A program made the position numbers and the translations under genes. This document shows, piece by piece, positions 36,549-46,453 of a DNA stretch of 64,000 bases. Where the stretch lies: NCBI GenBank assembly GCA_015234045.1, contig JADFWU010000006.1, forward strand, positions 25,192-89,191, read 5' to 3'. Origin of the DNA: Magnetococcales bacterium (GTDB taxonomy: Bacteria > Pseudomonadota > Magnetococcia > Magnetococcales > JADFWU01). Position 1 is the stretch's first letter; each line of letters begins with the position of its first letter. The notes beneath the pieces were generated by a model. That model was not told the DNA's origin, did no database searches, and saw nothing but the letters and a program-made list of their open reading frames with translations.

Positions 36549-38540
36549 TCACTCCTCCAAAGCCTGTCGTGCCTCTTGTGCTTCCTGCTCATGGGTTTCA
36601 ATGGCAAGCGTTATCTCTTCCCACTGTTCCATTTTGACATTAAGACTTTGTTCAATAATTCTATTTTTATCTAACAATTCAGACAGTTGAATCTTATTTT
36701 CTGACTCATACAAGGTTGTGTCTGCCAGCTGTTCATCCAGACTGTTTTTCTGCTCTTCCAGGCTGTTGATATCCGATTCCAATTTGGATAGCTTCTTACG
36801 CAATGAACGGGTTTGTTGATGCAGCTGATTACGAATTTTAGCTTCCTGGCGCTTGCGGTCTCGGCGATCAGTAGTATCACGCATTTTAGCTGGCGCATTG
36901 GTTTCCGATGCAGTGTTTGATCGAACCGGATCCCGCTTACCTGCCACCTGTTCCAGGTAGTCATCCAACGTACCATCCATTTCAACAATCTTTTTATCAC
37001 CGATCAGCCAGTGTCCGGTACAAACATTTTCCTGTAATGCCCGATCATGGGAGACCAGTATCAACGTACCAGCATAGTCGGCCAGCCCCTCTTCCAATGC
37101 GGCCCGAGATGCCATATCCAGATGGTTTGTCGGCTCGTCCAACAGCAAGACATTGGCACCAGATAAAAACAAACGCGCCAAGGCCAAACGGGCTTTCTCA
37201 CCACCTGAAAGCACTGAAACCTGTTTGAATACCGTTTCCCCTGAAAAAAGAAACCCGCCCAATACCGACCGCAATGCGGTTTCATTGATACGACGATCCG
37301 CCAACTCTCCAGCGGACTCCAGAACAGTCTGCTCCGGCTTCAACGCTTCCAAAGCATGTTGGGCAAAGTAGGCCACCTTGACCCGGTCGCCACGGATAAT
37401 CTGTCCTTCAGAGGGTTCCAACTGACCGGACAACAGTTTCAGAAGTGTCGTTTTACCGGCACCATTGGGACCGAGCAAACCGATTTTCTGACCTCTTTCC
37501 ATGCTCAAATGCACACCGCTGAATACGGTATGATCATCAAAAGCATGTCCCACTTGGCGCAACGCCATGGTTTCCCGTGCACAGGCTGGCGGTTCAGGCA
37601 GGCGAATTCGAGCAATCTCCTGACTGCTTTGCGGCATTTTGATTTGGTCGATCTTGGCCAATTGCTTGACCCGGCTTTGAACCTGACGCGCTTTAGTCGC
37701 TTTGGCTCGGAAGCGTCGAATAAATTGATCCAACGCTTCAATCCGTTTGGACTGCTTGACCGCCTCTTTTTCCAATCGGCTCAACATATCGGCTTTTTGC
37801 ACTACATAATCATCAAATGTTCCGACATAACGGGTCAACGCCCCCTGCTCCATCTCAACGGTAACCTGGGATACCCGATTTAAAAAATCCCGATCATGAG
37901 AAATGATAATCAGTGTGCCGGGCAGTCGGCCAATATAGTTTTCAAACCACTGAATGGATTCGATATCGAGATGGTTTGTCGGTTCATCCAACAACATCAG
38001 ATCAGCACGGGAAAACAGCAATTGCGCTAAAGCAACCCGCATACGCCAACCACCAGAAAAATCACCCAATGGCCGATCAAGATCACCATTTTCAAAGCCA
38101 AGTCCCAACAGCAACGCACCGGCACGCGACTCCGCTTCATAACCGCCAATCTCTTCCAAGCGGTGGTCCACAACACCCCACGCCTCTGCTAACTGGCTGG
38201 TCTCTGTACCTGCCACTGCATGGTTCATATTTGTTTGCAGTTGGTCACGCTGTTGGCGCAATGCGATGAGTTCTTCATCGCCATGCAAAACGGTTTGTAT
38301 CAACGAAAGATCAGAGGATGCCAACTCCTGACGCAGCACGCCAATTCTAGCCCGCTCCCTGACAATCAAATCCCCTTCGTCAAATGGCTCACGCGCCTCA
38401 ATCATACGAAAAAGGGTCGTTTTCCCGGTCCCATTTGGCCCGATCAGACTCACCTTCTCACCGGGATGGATCACCAGATTACTGTCCTCTAGAATGGTCT
38501 GAGGGCCAAAAGTTTTGGTCAGCCCCTTTATTCTCAGCAT
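36549..38540 (-). CDS. ABC-F family ATPase with C-terminal coiled coil
   Basis: Two ABC cassettes (GPNGTGKTT, GPNGAGKTT), a linker, no TM segments. Confidence 0.9.
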   Translation of the reverse strand: MLRIKGLTKTFGPQTILEDSNLVIHPGEKVSLIGPNGTGKTTLFRMIEAREPFDEGDLIVRERARIGVLRQELASSDLSLIQTVLHGDEELIALRQQRDQLQTNMNHAVAGTETSQLAEAWGVVDHRLEEIGGYEAESRAGALLLGLGFENGDLDRPLGDFSGGWRMRVALAQLLFSRADLMLLDEPTNHLDIESIQWFENYIGRLPGTLIIISHDRDFLNRVSQVTVEMEQGALTRYVGTFDDYVVQKADMLSRLEKEAVKQSKRIEALDQFIRRFRAKATKARQVQSRVKQLAKIDQIKMPQSSQEIARIRLPEPPACARETMALRQVGHAFDDHTVFSGVHLSMERGQKIGLLGPNGAGKTTLLKLLSGQLEPSEGQIIRGDRVKVAYFAQHALEALKPEQTVLESAGELADRRINETALRSVLGGFLFSGETVFKQVSVLSGGEKARLALARLFLSGANVLLLDEPTNHLDMASRAALEEGLADYAGTLILVSHDRALQENVCTGHWLIGDKKIVEMDGTLDDYLEQVAGKRDPVRSNTASETNAPAKMRDTTDRRDRKRQEAKIRNQLHQQTRSLRKKLSKLESDINSLEEQKNSLDEQLADTTLYESENKIQLSELLDKNRIIEQSLNVKMEQWEEITLAIETHEQEAQEARQALEE

Positions 38541-38634
38541 TGTCTATGCTCCGCAGTATTCATTGCTTTGTGTGGAAACCCCTTCTTTGCGTGGCCCATC
38601 AGATACTCTGTTCAGGTAATAATTGAATTTTCTA

Positions 38635-38670
38635 TTCAGATCTGGTCCAATTCAGATCTGGTCCAATTCA
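38635..38670 (+). repeat. 16-bp tandem repeat x2.25
   Basis: ttcagatctggtccaa ttcagatctggtccaa ttca. Confidence 0.8.
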
Positions 38671-38731
38671 ACAGGACCATGCAGATTCGTTTGAATCCGT
38701 CCCCTTCTGCTCAGATAGGCATTGCAAAATC

Positions 38732-39151
38732 ATGAAAAGTCGTTCATTTGGACCATTAAAACCGAAACGCTCAACCAACAGCGAATCCTCCCTGGATAAA
38801 ATCGTCCAGTCTGCTCGCAATTTATCCGAAGAACGACAGGAAGGATACCGCCAACGCGCACTTAAACTTTATCCATGGGTATGCGGACGATGCGCACGTG
38901 TCTTTGATCGTGACAATCTTTACGAGTTGACGGTACACCATAGAGACCATAATCACGACAACAACCCCAATGATGGTAGCAACTGGGAATTGCTCTGTCT
39001 TTACTGCCATGATGACGAACATGCCCGCTATACCGACTTCCGTGCTGATGGCAGCAGCGACAGCACTGAGGACACAGACCCCCCTGCCACACATAATCCA
39101 TTTGCCAACCTTCAAGCCCTCTTGAATGGATCTTCGAATAAATCAGATTAA
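38732..39151 (+). CDS. yajD: HNH nuclease YajD
   Basis: RALKLYPWVCGRCARVF..LTVHHRDHNHDNNPNDGSNWELLCLYCHDDEH, close to E. coli YajD. Confidence 0.85.
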   Translation: MKSRSFGPLKPKRSTNSESSLDKIVQSARNLSEERQEGYRQRALKLYPWVCGRCARVFDRDNLYELTVHHRDHNHDNNPNDGSNWELLCLYCHDDEHARYTDFRADGSSDSTEDTDPPATHNPFANLQALLNGSSNKSD

Positions 39152-39187
39152 TCCTCTCAAGCTCGAACCATAAAGAGTGTTCATTAC

Positions 39188-39203
39188 TGGCACCCGATTT
39201 GCA
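39188..39203 (+). promoter_or_regulatory. sigma54 (-24/-12) promoter, near-consensus
   Basis: TGGCAC-ccgat-TTGCA. Confidence 0.6.
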
Positions 39204-39288
39204 ATTTCTCGGCTATCGCTGAACAGTCTGACGACTTGTTGACAGCGAACATGATGGTTTCGTGAATGTATATGGGAGTACCTTAAAT

Positions 39289-39432
39289 ATGAGTATGGAC
39301 GCTTGGATAATCCTCGGATCAGTACTGTTTGCTGTAGTGGTTGGTGGCGTATTGCGCAGTATCCTTTGGGAGATTGATGGCCAACGCAGCAATCAAGCAT
39401 TGGCTAACCATCTATTGGAAAAGAAGGTATAA
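39289..39432 (+). CDS. 47-aa single-TM peptide (below the ORF-track cutoff)
   Basis: MSMDAWIILGSVLFAVVVGGVLRSILWEIDGQRSNQALANHLLEKKV. GGGAG upstream. About 75 nt downstream of the predicted sigma54 TSS. Confidence 0.3.
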   Translation: MSMDAWIILGSVLFAVVVGGVLRSILWEIDGQRSNQALANHLLEKKV

Positions 39433-39746
39433 AATTGATTTCTCCGTAGCCCACTCAAATAAATTACAACAATAAATTGACAAATATGGAACCTATTTAC
39501 GAAAATGATTGTCAAATCTGGCTGAGAAGCTTATAAAACTGTATTGATGATTTACCAAGGGTCAGAGACATTATGGGGGCTTAGACCAAAAATCAGGCGA
39601 TTCGGTCTTGAGCGTTTCTCACCTTTAATCAATCACAGTTGTGTAGCGAATCTGATGATATCCATGAAAGACGCTCTTTTCTGGAGATCATTATTTCGTT
39701 TCATTCATCAGCCACTGAGCAATAACACACCACCCGGGGGAACGTC

Positions 39747-40076
39747 ATGGAGTGTAATCCTGAGCTATTATCAGCTTTTCTGGATGACGAATTGGACCCG
39801 GAAACCAATGCCAAACTGATTGAACACCTGCTTGAATGTGAAGAGTGCCAACAACTTCTGGCTAAATTAAGCCAAGCCCGTGTTGCTCTGTCAGATTCCC
39901 CGACTCTCTTTGAGTGCGAACCGATGGTCAACCAAATCATGGGCCCCATTACCAACCAGATTGTTTCCGACATTCCGCTGGACCCTTCTCTTGATGATCT
40001 TGATGACGATGAACTCGAAGCGCTGTCCATAAATCGTTCCTCTATCCTTTTGGAAAAGTCCACAGCTTGTATGTAG
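39747..40076 (+). CDS. zf-HC2 (anti-sigma-type zinc finger) protein, soluble and acidic
   Basis: LSAFLDDELD..IEHLLECEECQ (H-x3-C-x2-C). No TM segment and no adjacent sigma factor. Confidence 0.6.
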   Translation: MECNPELLSAFLDDELDPETNAKLIEHLLECEECQQLLAKLSQARVALSDSPTLFECEPMVNQIMGPITNQIVSDIPLDPSLDDLDDDELEALSINRSSILLEKSTACM

Positions 40077-40147
40077 TTCCATATAGTTCCGCTGTTTCTG
40101 ACCCTTCCTTATATTTCTGAGTCACTGTTGAACCATTAGGTGTTCCG

Positions 40148-41320
40148 ATGACAGATAAGCATCCAATCCTGGTTCTGACGGAGATGTTTCCGCCAATTCG
40201 AGGCGGCACTTCAACGTGGTTTGACCAAGTTTATCCACTTCTTGGTGAACGAGAAATCCATATTATAGCCCGCGCTGTTGAACAGAGTGGTAGTGTGGAC
40301 GCGCATCATGCCAACACCATTCACCGTATCAACATGGCGCGTATTCCCTGGTTGCGACCTGAATCACTGGCTCTCTATATCCGCATGATAGTCAAGGGCA
40401 TCGGAATATTATTCAAAAATGATTTCAAGGTGATACATGCTGGACGTGTACTGCCGGAAGGGTTGGTTGGTGTGGTATTGGCGCGACTGTTTAACAAGCC
40501 GCTGGTGATCTATGCCCATGGTGAAGAGATTACTGTATGGCGGCAGCATGCCAACAAATTCAAAGCGCTGGTCAAAACTTTTCAAAAGGCTGATTGCATC
40601 ATTGCCAACAGTAATTTCACCCGCGACCTTTTACTCAATGTAGTGGGTGTGGATGCCTCTCGTATTGAATTAATCTCACCGGGTGTCAATCCCGAAGAGT
40701 TTCGCCCTGGCCTACCCTGTGATGATCTGCGAGACAGCTTGGGCCTCACCAAACAGAAAAAACTAATCCTCAGCATCGGTCGCCTAACCCGCCGTAAGGG
40801 ATTCGATCGGGTTATTGAGTCTTTACCCTTTCTGATTGAAAAAGGGGTCGATCCACACTATGCCGTTATCGGACCCGGCGAAGATCGGGACTATCTGTTA
40901 GCACTGGCCAAAGAGAAAGGCGTTGCCGACCGTTTTCATCTTTTGGGTAACGTGCCACAGGCGGACATGCCGCGCTGGATGAACGCGACAGATCTATTCG
41001 TGATGGCGAATCGAAAAACATCCGATCTGGATGCAGAGGGGTTTGGCATCGTCTTCATCGAAGCCGCTGCATGTGGAAAACCGGCCATTGCCGGTGATCA
41101 TGGCGGCACAGGTGATGCGGTTATTCACAATGAAACCGGTTTGAGAATCAACGGAAATGATCTCAATACCGTTCAACAAAGCCTGCTCTCTCTTCTCACC
41201 GATGATGCACTAATCCAACGCCTGAGCAATAACGGCCTCCAACGCGCCCGCGCTGAATTGACATGGTCTGAGATTGCTAAAAAAACAGCACTACTAAACC
41301 AAAAACTCGATCTGAGTTAA
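40148..41320 (+). CDS. GT4-family glycosyltransferase
   Basis: GT-B fold pattern with the E-x7-E region (EGFGIVFIEAAACGKP). Confidence 0.85.
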   Translation: MTDKHPILVLTEMFPPIRGGTSTWFDQVYPLLGEREIHIIARAVEQSGSVDAHHANTIHRINMARIPWLRPESLALYIRMIVKGIGILFKNDFKVIHAGRVLPEGLVGVVLARLFNKPLVIYAHGEEITVWRQHANKFKALVKTFQKADCIIANSNFTRDLLLNVVGVDASRIELISPGVNPEEFRPGLPCDDLRDSLGLTKQKKLILSIGRLTRRKGFDRVIESLPFLIEKGVDPHYAVIGPGEDRDYLLALAKEKGVADRFHLLGNVPQADMPRWMNATDLFVMANRKTSDLDAEGFGIVFIEAAACGKPAIAGDHGGTGDAVIHNETGLRINGNDLNTVQQSLLSLLTDDALIQRLSNNGLQRARAELTWSEIAKKTALLNQKLDLS

Positions 41321-41541
41321 TCCCGTCCAACATGTTTGAACATCTGGAAAATACTCTCACTGAACAACCACCGCCAAAGCGGGTGGGTTCGTATTGCGGA
41401 CTGAAAGTCCAGATAGCGGCTAAAGCCGGTAATTTGAACCTTGCAGCATGGATAATCACTCTCGCATGTTGCCCAAGTGCTTCAGGATGGATAAGCTATA
41501 CGCTATTTCCATGATATTCTTTTTAATGCCACGGACGACCG

Positions 41542-42999
41542 ATGACCTCAACCATCCTGGACTCAACGGAATCTGACCGTTCGGATACACCACTTTGTGT
41601 GGATCTGGATGGTACGTTGATCCGTACTGATCTTTTGGTGGAAGGCGCTTTTCGACTTCTGCGAAAGAATCTGCTCTATCTTTTTCTATTGCCCTTTTGG
41701 CTGCTCAAAGGCAAAGCCAATCTGAAAGAGCAGATTGCCAACCGCGTCATACCGGAACCAACACGACTGCCCTTTCACCCCGACTTTCTGGCCTTTCTCA
41801 AACAAGAGCATCAGCGTGGGCGTAAATTGATTCTGGCAACCGCTTCGGATCGCCGCTATGGGAATGCGATTGCCAATCATCTAGGTATATTCAATGAAGT
41901 CTTTGGTACGGAAAAAGGTATCAATCTGGCTGGCAACGGTAAGAAACGACTGCTTGTAGAACGGTTCGGTGATGGTGGATTTGCCTATGCCGGTGATGCG
42001 CGTGTTGATCATGCCATCTGGCAACATGCCAGTGAGATCATTGTGGTCAACCCAAGACCCGGCGTTCTCAAGATGCTTAAACAGGCCGGACACTCAATCC
42101 ACCAACTATTCGATGAAAAACCCGGCAGTTTAAAACAGTGGATCAAAGCATTACGGCTACACCAATGGATGAAAAACATCCTTCTATTTGCACCGCTTGT
42201 TGCTGGACATCGTTTTCTGAATCCAGACGATCTACTCAATACCACCATCGGTTTTATCGCGTTCAGTTTTTGCGCCTCCAGCTGTTATCTGCTCAACGAC
42301 CTCACCGACCTGGATGCAGACCGCTGCCATCCGCGCAAGAAGCACCGCCCGTTAGCAGCCGGTATGATTCCCATGGCAAAAGGAGTTGCACTGATTCCTA
42401 TTCTGGTGATCATGGGATTTACGCTCTCATTGTTACTGCCTCGTGAATTTACTGAGGTTCTGTTTACCTATTATATTTTGACACTGCTGTACTCCTTTCA
42501 CCTCAAACGTATTGTGCTACTTGATGTCTTGATCCTGGCGATGTTGTTTACTCTACGTATCAATGCCGGTGGCGCGATTCTTGGTGTAGAACTAACTTTC
42601 TGGCTTCAGGCTTTCTCGATGTTTCTGTTTCTCAGTCTGGCATTGGTGAAACGCTACACCGAGCTACTGACCATGCAGAAACTGGAACAAAACAACACTC
42701 AACGGCGTGGCTATCAGCTACCGGACATCTCTATTTTATTGAGTTTAGGCAGTGCAAGCGGCTTGATGGCCGTTCTGGTTATGGCACTCTATATCAACAG
42801 CGCCCGGATTCTGGATCTCTATCAATACCCTAAAATGATCTGGCTACTCTGCCCATTAGCCGTCTACTGGATATCTCATGTCTGGTTGGTGGCTGGTCGG
42901 GATGAAATGCATGATGATCCAGTGCTGTTTGCCATTAAAGACCCGATCAGTCTTGGCATCGGCGCAACAGGCCTGCTTATTCTCTTTATGGCGACCTAA
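41542..42999 (+). CDS. HAD-phosphatase-like domain fused to a UbiA-family polyprenyl-phosphate phosphoribosyltransferase
   Basis: DLDGT (HAD motif I) at the N-terminus. NDLTDLDADRCHPRKKHRPLAAG as in decaprenyl-phosphate PRPP transferases. Confidence 0.85.
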   Translation: MTSTILDSTESDRSDTPLCVDLDGTLIRTDLLVEGAFRLLRKNLLYLFLLPFWLLKGKANLKEQIANRVIPEPTRLPFHPDFLAFLKQEHQRGRKLILATASDRRYGNAIANHLGIFNEVFGTEKGINLAGNGKKRLLVERFGDGGFAYAGDARVDHAIWQHASEIIVVNPRPGVLKMLKQAGHSIHQLFDEKPGSLKQWIKALRLHQWMKNILLFAPLVAGHRFLNPDDLLNTTIGFIAFSFCASSCYLLNDLTDLDADRCHPRKKHRPLAAGMIPMAKGVALIPILVIMGFTLSLLLPREFTEVLFTYYILTLLYSFHLKRIVLLDVLILAMLFTLRINAGGAILGVELTFWLQAFSMFLFLSLALVKRYTELLTMQKLEQNNTQRRGYQLPDISILLSLGSASGLMAVLVMALYINSARILDLYQYPKMIWLLCPLAVYWISHVWLVAGRDEMHDDPVLFAIKDPISLGIGATGLLILFMAT

Positions 43000-43002
43000 T
43001 CC

Positions 43003-44328
43003 ATGACACAGCGCTATCAATCCTGGGGACGCTACCCAAAAGCCTCACACCAGATTCAGACCATTCAATGGCCTGAGGATCTACCCAATGACCTCACTAA
43101 ACAGATCCATGGTGCCCTACCGTTTGGCAATGGACGCAGCTATGGTGATTGCTGTTTGAATGATGGCGGTCTGTTGCTGGATGGCCGTTTTAGAAATCGT
43201 TTACTGGCGTTTGATGCACATAGTGGCATTCTGCGCTGTGAAGCAGGTGTTCTGCTGGCCGATATTTTGGAATTAATGACCCCGCGAGGCTGGTTTCCAG
43301 CGGTGACACCAGGCACAAAGCTTCTGACTGTTGGTGGTGCCATTGCCAACGATGTCCACGGTAAGAATCATCACCGAACCGGCAGCTTCGGCGATCATGT
43401 TCACCGTATTGGCCTATTGCGAAGCGATGGCCAACAGCTGATCTGCTCACCCGATGAAAATACCGACCTGTTTCGCGCCACTATCGGTGGCATTGGACTG
43501 ACCGGCTATATTCTCTGGGCAGAGTTCAGCCTACGCCCTATCTCCAATCCCTATTTCGATATGGAGACAATCCGCTATGGCAATGTTGAGGACTTTTTTC
43601 AACTCTCTTCAGAGTCGGACCAGGATTATGAATACACTCTGGCCTGGTTGGATTGCCAAGGGCGCGGCAAAAACCTGGGGCGCGGTCTATTCATGCGCGG
43701 CAACCATGCGCCATTCATTCCACAAGCGCAGTGGCCGAAACACGCCTCTCGCCAGCTCAACATGCCGATTGATCCACCCTTTACGCTTATCAATGGCCTG
43801 ACGCTCAAAGCATTCAACACCCTCTACTATTATAAGCAAATCCGGCGGTCTCAGTGTGCATGCGTTCATTACGACAGCTTCTTCTATCCGCTGGATGCCA
43901 TTGACAACTGGAACCGGATCTATGGTCCGAAAGGTTTTTTCCAATACCAGTGCGTACTGCCTCAGGAATCGGGACAGGATGGCATTAAAGAGATTCTCAA
44001 GGGAATTGCCCGCTCTGGTCAGGGATCATTCCTGGGAGTTCTCAAAGTGTTTGGTGACCGTCAATCACCGGGATTACTCAGTTTTCCTCGGCCTGGTTCT
44101 ACGCTGGCATTGGATTTTCCCAACCGTGGCAAAAAGACCCTGACACTGTTGGAACGTTTTGACACCATTGTCCGTGAAGCAGGCGGTGCGGTTTACATTG
44201 CCAAAGATGCCCGAATGAGTCCCAGCTCATTTCGTCATTTTTATCCTCAATGGCAAACCTTCAAATCATTTGTCGATCCGGGTTTCTCCTCCAGCTTCTG
44301 GAGACGGGTTACAGAGGAGTCATCATGA
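43003..44328 (+). CDS. DprE1-like FAD-dependent polyprenyl-phosphoribose 2'-oxidase
   Basis: GNGRSYGD, TVGGAIANDVHGKNHH, NWNRIYGPKGFFQYQ. Collinear with M. tuberculosis DprE1 (from memory). Confidence 0.9.
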   Translation: MTQRYQSWGRYPKASHQIQTIQWPEDLPNDLTKQIHGALPFGNGRSYGDCCLNDGGLLLDGRFRNRLLAFDAHSGILRCEAGVLLADILELMTPRGWFPAVTPGTKLLTVGGAIANDVHGKNHHRTGSFGDHVHRIGLLRSDGQQLICSPDENTDLFRATIGGIGLTGYILWAEFSLRPISNPYFDMETIRYGNVEDFFQLSSESDQDYEYTLAWLDCQGRGKNLGRGLFMRGNHAPFIPQAQWPKHASRQLNMPIDPPFTLINGLTLKAFNTLYYYKQIRRSQCACVHYDSFFYPLDAIDNWNRIYGPKGFFQYQCVLPQESGQDGIKEILKGIARSGQGSFLGVLKVFGDRQSPGLLSFPRPGSTLALDFPNRGKKTLTLLERFDTIVREAGGAVYIAKDARMSPSSFRHFYPQWQTFKSFVDPGFSSSFWRRVTEESS

Positions 44329-45065
44329 GAAAGATTCTGATTATCGGTGCCACATCCGCCATTGCTCAGGCGGTGGCCCATCGGTATGCACAACAAGGTC
44401 ACGCCCTTTTTCTGACTGGCCGTGATCCTGAACGTGTTGCCACCATTGCAGCTGATTTGCGGGTGCGCGGTGCGGTTCAGGTGGAGAGTGCAACGCTGGA
44501 CGCAAATCAGATTGAGACCCACCAAACGGTATTGGATCACGCCATCACTGCTATGGGTTCCATTGATACTGTTTTGATTGCCCATGGTGTACTTAACGAC
44601 CAACAAACCTGTCAAGCATCGGTTGAAGACACTTTGGACGCTTTTCAAACCAATGCGTTAAGTGCCATTGCCCTACTCACCTTGTTGGCCAATTACATGG
44701 AACACAACGCCATTAAGGGCACTTTAGCTGTGATCTCGTCCGTGGCTGGTGATCGCGGTCGGCAAAGCAATTATGTCTATGGTGCGGCTAAGGCGGCTAA
44801 GAGCACTTTTCTTGCTGGACTGCGCAATCGTCTTCATTCAGCGGGTATCCATGTACTCACCATTAAACCAGGCTTTGTTGATACGCCCATGACGGCCCAT
44901 CTTAAAAAGGGCCTGTTGTGGGCTCAGCCGGATGATGTGGCTGCGGGTATTGTCAAATCCATTGAGAAACGTCGCGATTGTGTCTATCTGCCTGGCTTCT
45001 GGTGGTTGATCATGACAATCATCCGCGCCATACCTGAATCCCTTTTCAAACGCCTTACACTCTGA
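44325..45065 (+). CDS. DprE2-like short-chain dehydrogenase (2'-keto reductase)
   Basis: ATGA overlap with the previous gene. IIGATSAIA, YVYGAAKA, C-terminal IPESLFKRL. Confidence 0.85.
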   Translation: MRKILIIGATSAIAQAVAHRYAQQGHALFLTGRDPERVATIAADLRVRGAVQVESATLDANQIETHQTVLDHAITAMGSIDTVLIAHGVLNDQQTCQASVEDTLDAFQTNALSAIALLTLLANYMEHNAIKGTLAVISSVAGDRGRQSNYVYGAAKAAKSTFLAGLRNRLHSAGIHVLTIKPGFVDTPMTAHLKKGLLWAQPDDVAAGIVKSIEKRRDCVYLPGFWWLIMTIIRAIPESLFKRLTL

Positions 45066-45497
45066 TGCCTGTTTCATACTTTTAGATAATTATTACCGAA
45101 AACTTTCAACAAAACGGGAAATCATATAAAGTATTTACTGTATATATACACACAGAAAATATTATTTTTTTGTGTGTTATCATAGTAATGCAAACACATT
45201 ATTGATCATACTGCACCCATCAAGAGCCTCTACTTTCCTGTAGAAACAGGTTCATTCTGCCTACCGAACCTCTGAATTCAACCCTATTTCCATTTCTATC
45301 TGTTTTCTAGAATATCCAATTAGCATATTGATTTTAAAATAAAATATAAAATTCAAACACCTCCCTTTAAATTTATCATCCCATAGGATATCTTTAGTAG
45401 TGTACATTTAGCTTGAAGTAATTGTTGCATACCTCGAGTTATATGTGCTACATATCATGAAAGTAATAAAGACCATTCCTCAGAGGAAAGCATTAAG

Positions 45498-46136
45498 ATG
45501 AAATCAAATGAGCATCTGGCAAAACGTGTTAAAGAGGCCCGCAGTAGAGCAGGACTGAAACAGGTTGAACTGGCCCAAGAAGCGGGCATCTCTTCTGCCA
45601 CTGTCCAGAAACTGGAAAGCGGAGAGTCCGGCGGTTCTATCAGGACACTAAACGGTATTGCCAATGCCTGCGGCGTAGATGCGGCTTGGCTATCATCGGG
45701 CAGCGAATCCAATGCACCTTACACATCACCAGAGAACGCCTCTGTGCTGCGTATTGCTGTAACAAATGTCGAAAACATCGTAAATTGGCAGGATTGGGCT
45801 GACTGGACAATGCCGCCCACAACCACAGAGTGGATTCGCATCTCTGTTCCGAAAGATGCTGGCAGCGTGGTGGCACTAACCATCAATAACGATATCATGT
45901 CACCAGAGTTGATTGAAGGCGATAAAGCAATTGTTGCGTTAGGGAAAAAACCTAAGCATGGTCAAATCGTTGTGGCCTACAAGACTGGCAGTAAACGGGC
46001 TTTCTTACGTCAAATCATGTTGGACTCAGCGACCACATTCCTCAAACCCACAAACAATCGTTATCCAATAAAACCTATTAATTCAGAATATAAAGTTATT
46101 GGTGTTGTCGTGTCGAAATATCAAGAATACAACTAA
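45498..46136 (+). CDS. CI/LexA-like repressor (XRE HTH + S24 peptidase-like domain)
   Basis: LKQVELAQEAGISSATVQKLESG, and a C-terminal S24-like beta domain (IMSPELIEGD). Confidence 0.8.
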   Translation: MKSNEHLAKRVKEARSRAGLKQVELAQEAGISSATVQKLESGESGGSIRTLNGIANACGVDAAWLSSGSESNAPYTSPENASVLRIAVTNVENIVNWQDWADWTMPPTTTEWIRISVPKDAGSVVALTINNDIMSPELIEGDKAIVALGKKPKHGQIVVAYKTGSKRAFLRQIMLDSATTFLKPTNNRYPIKPINSEYKVIGVVVSKYQEYN

Positions 46137-46453
46137 GAGCTGTAAAATACGGAAAACGATTCGCCTGCGACCTGACATAATAAAATCCAACTACAGTCAG
46201 AGCAGGAGTCTTGGTATACTCAACTGAATCAATATACAACTGGTGAATAAGGTTTCATCGCGAAACCTCTCACTGACAAAACCACCATTATGCACAATTG
46301 ACGCACAATCCTAAGATTTACCGTGCGATTTTCGCAATAAGACAGCAACTGATTGTGAACTATCCCCATCTGATTTATCCTGAATGCTATTTATACGTCC
46401 CGAATCACCAATGAGCAGACCATCTCGGTCTGTTTTCCTGAAGGGGTCTTGTC

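Noticed and set aside
37356-37883. 175-aa plus-strand ORF, and others at 36908-38492
   Set aside because: They are antisense to the ABC-F ATPase gene.
39433-39746. Remnant of an ECF sigma factor gene upstream of the zf-HC2 ORF
   Set aside because: I translated the three plus-strand reading frames by eye and saw no region-2 or region-4-like sequence. ORF 39544..39819 has no support.
41332-41514. 60-aa ORF between the GT4 and UbiA genes
   Set aside because: It has no RBS or motif and lies in a short spacer, so it is probably non-coding.
45136-45155. SOS box upstream of the LexA-like gene (tactgtatatatacacacag)
   Set aside because: In the canonical CTG-N10-CAG register the distal half reads CAC, and a CAG appears only with N12 spacing. 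The site is also about 350 bp from the start codon. It is not a convincing LexA operator.
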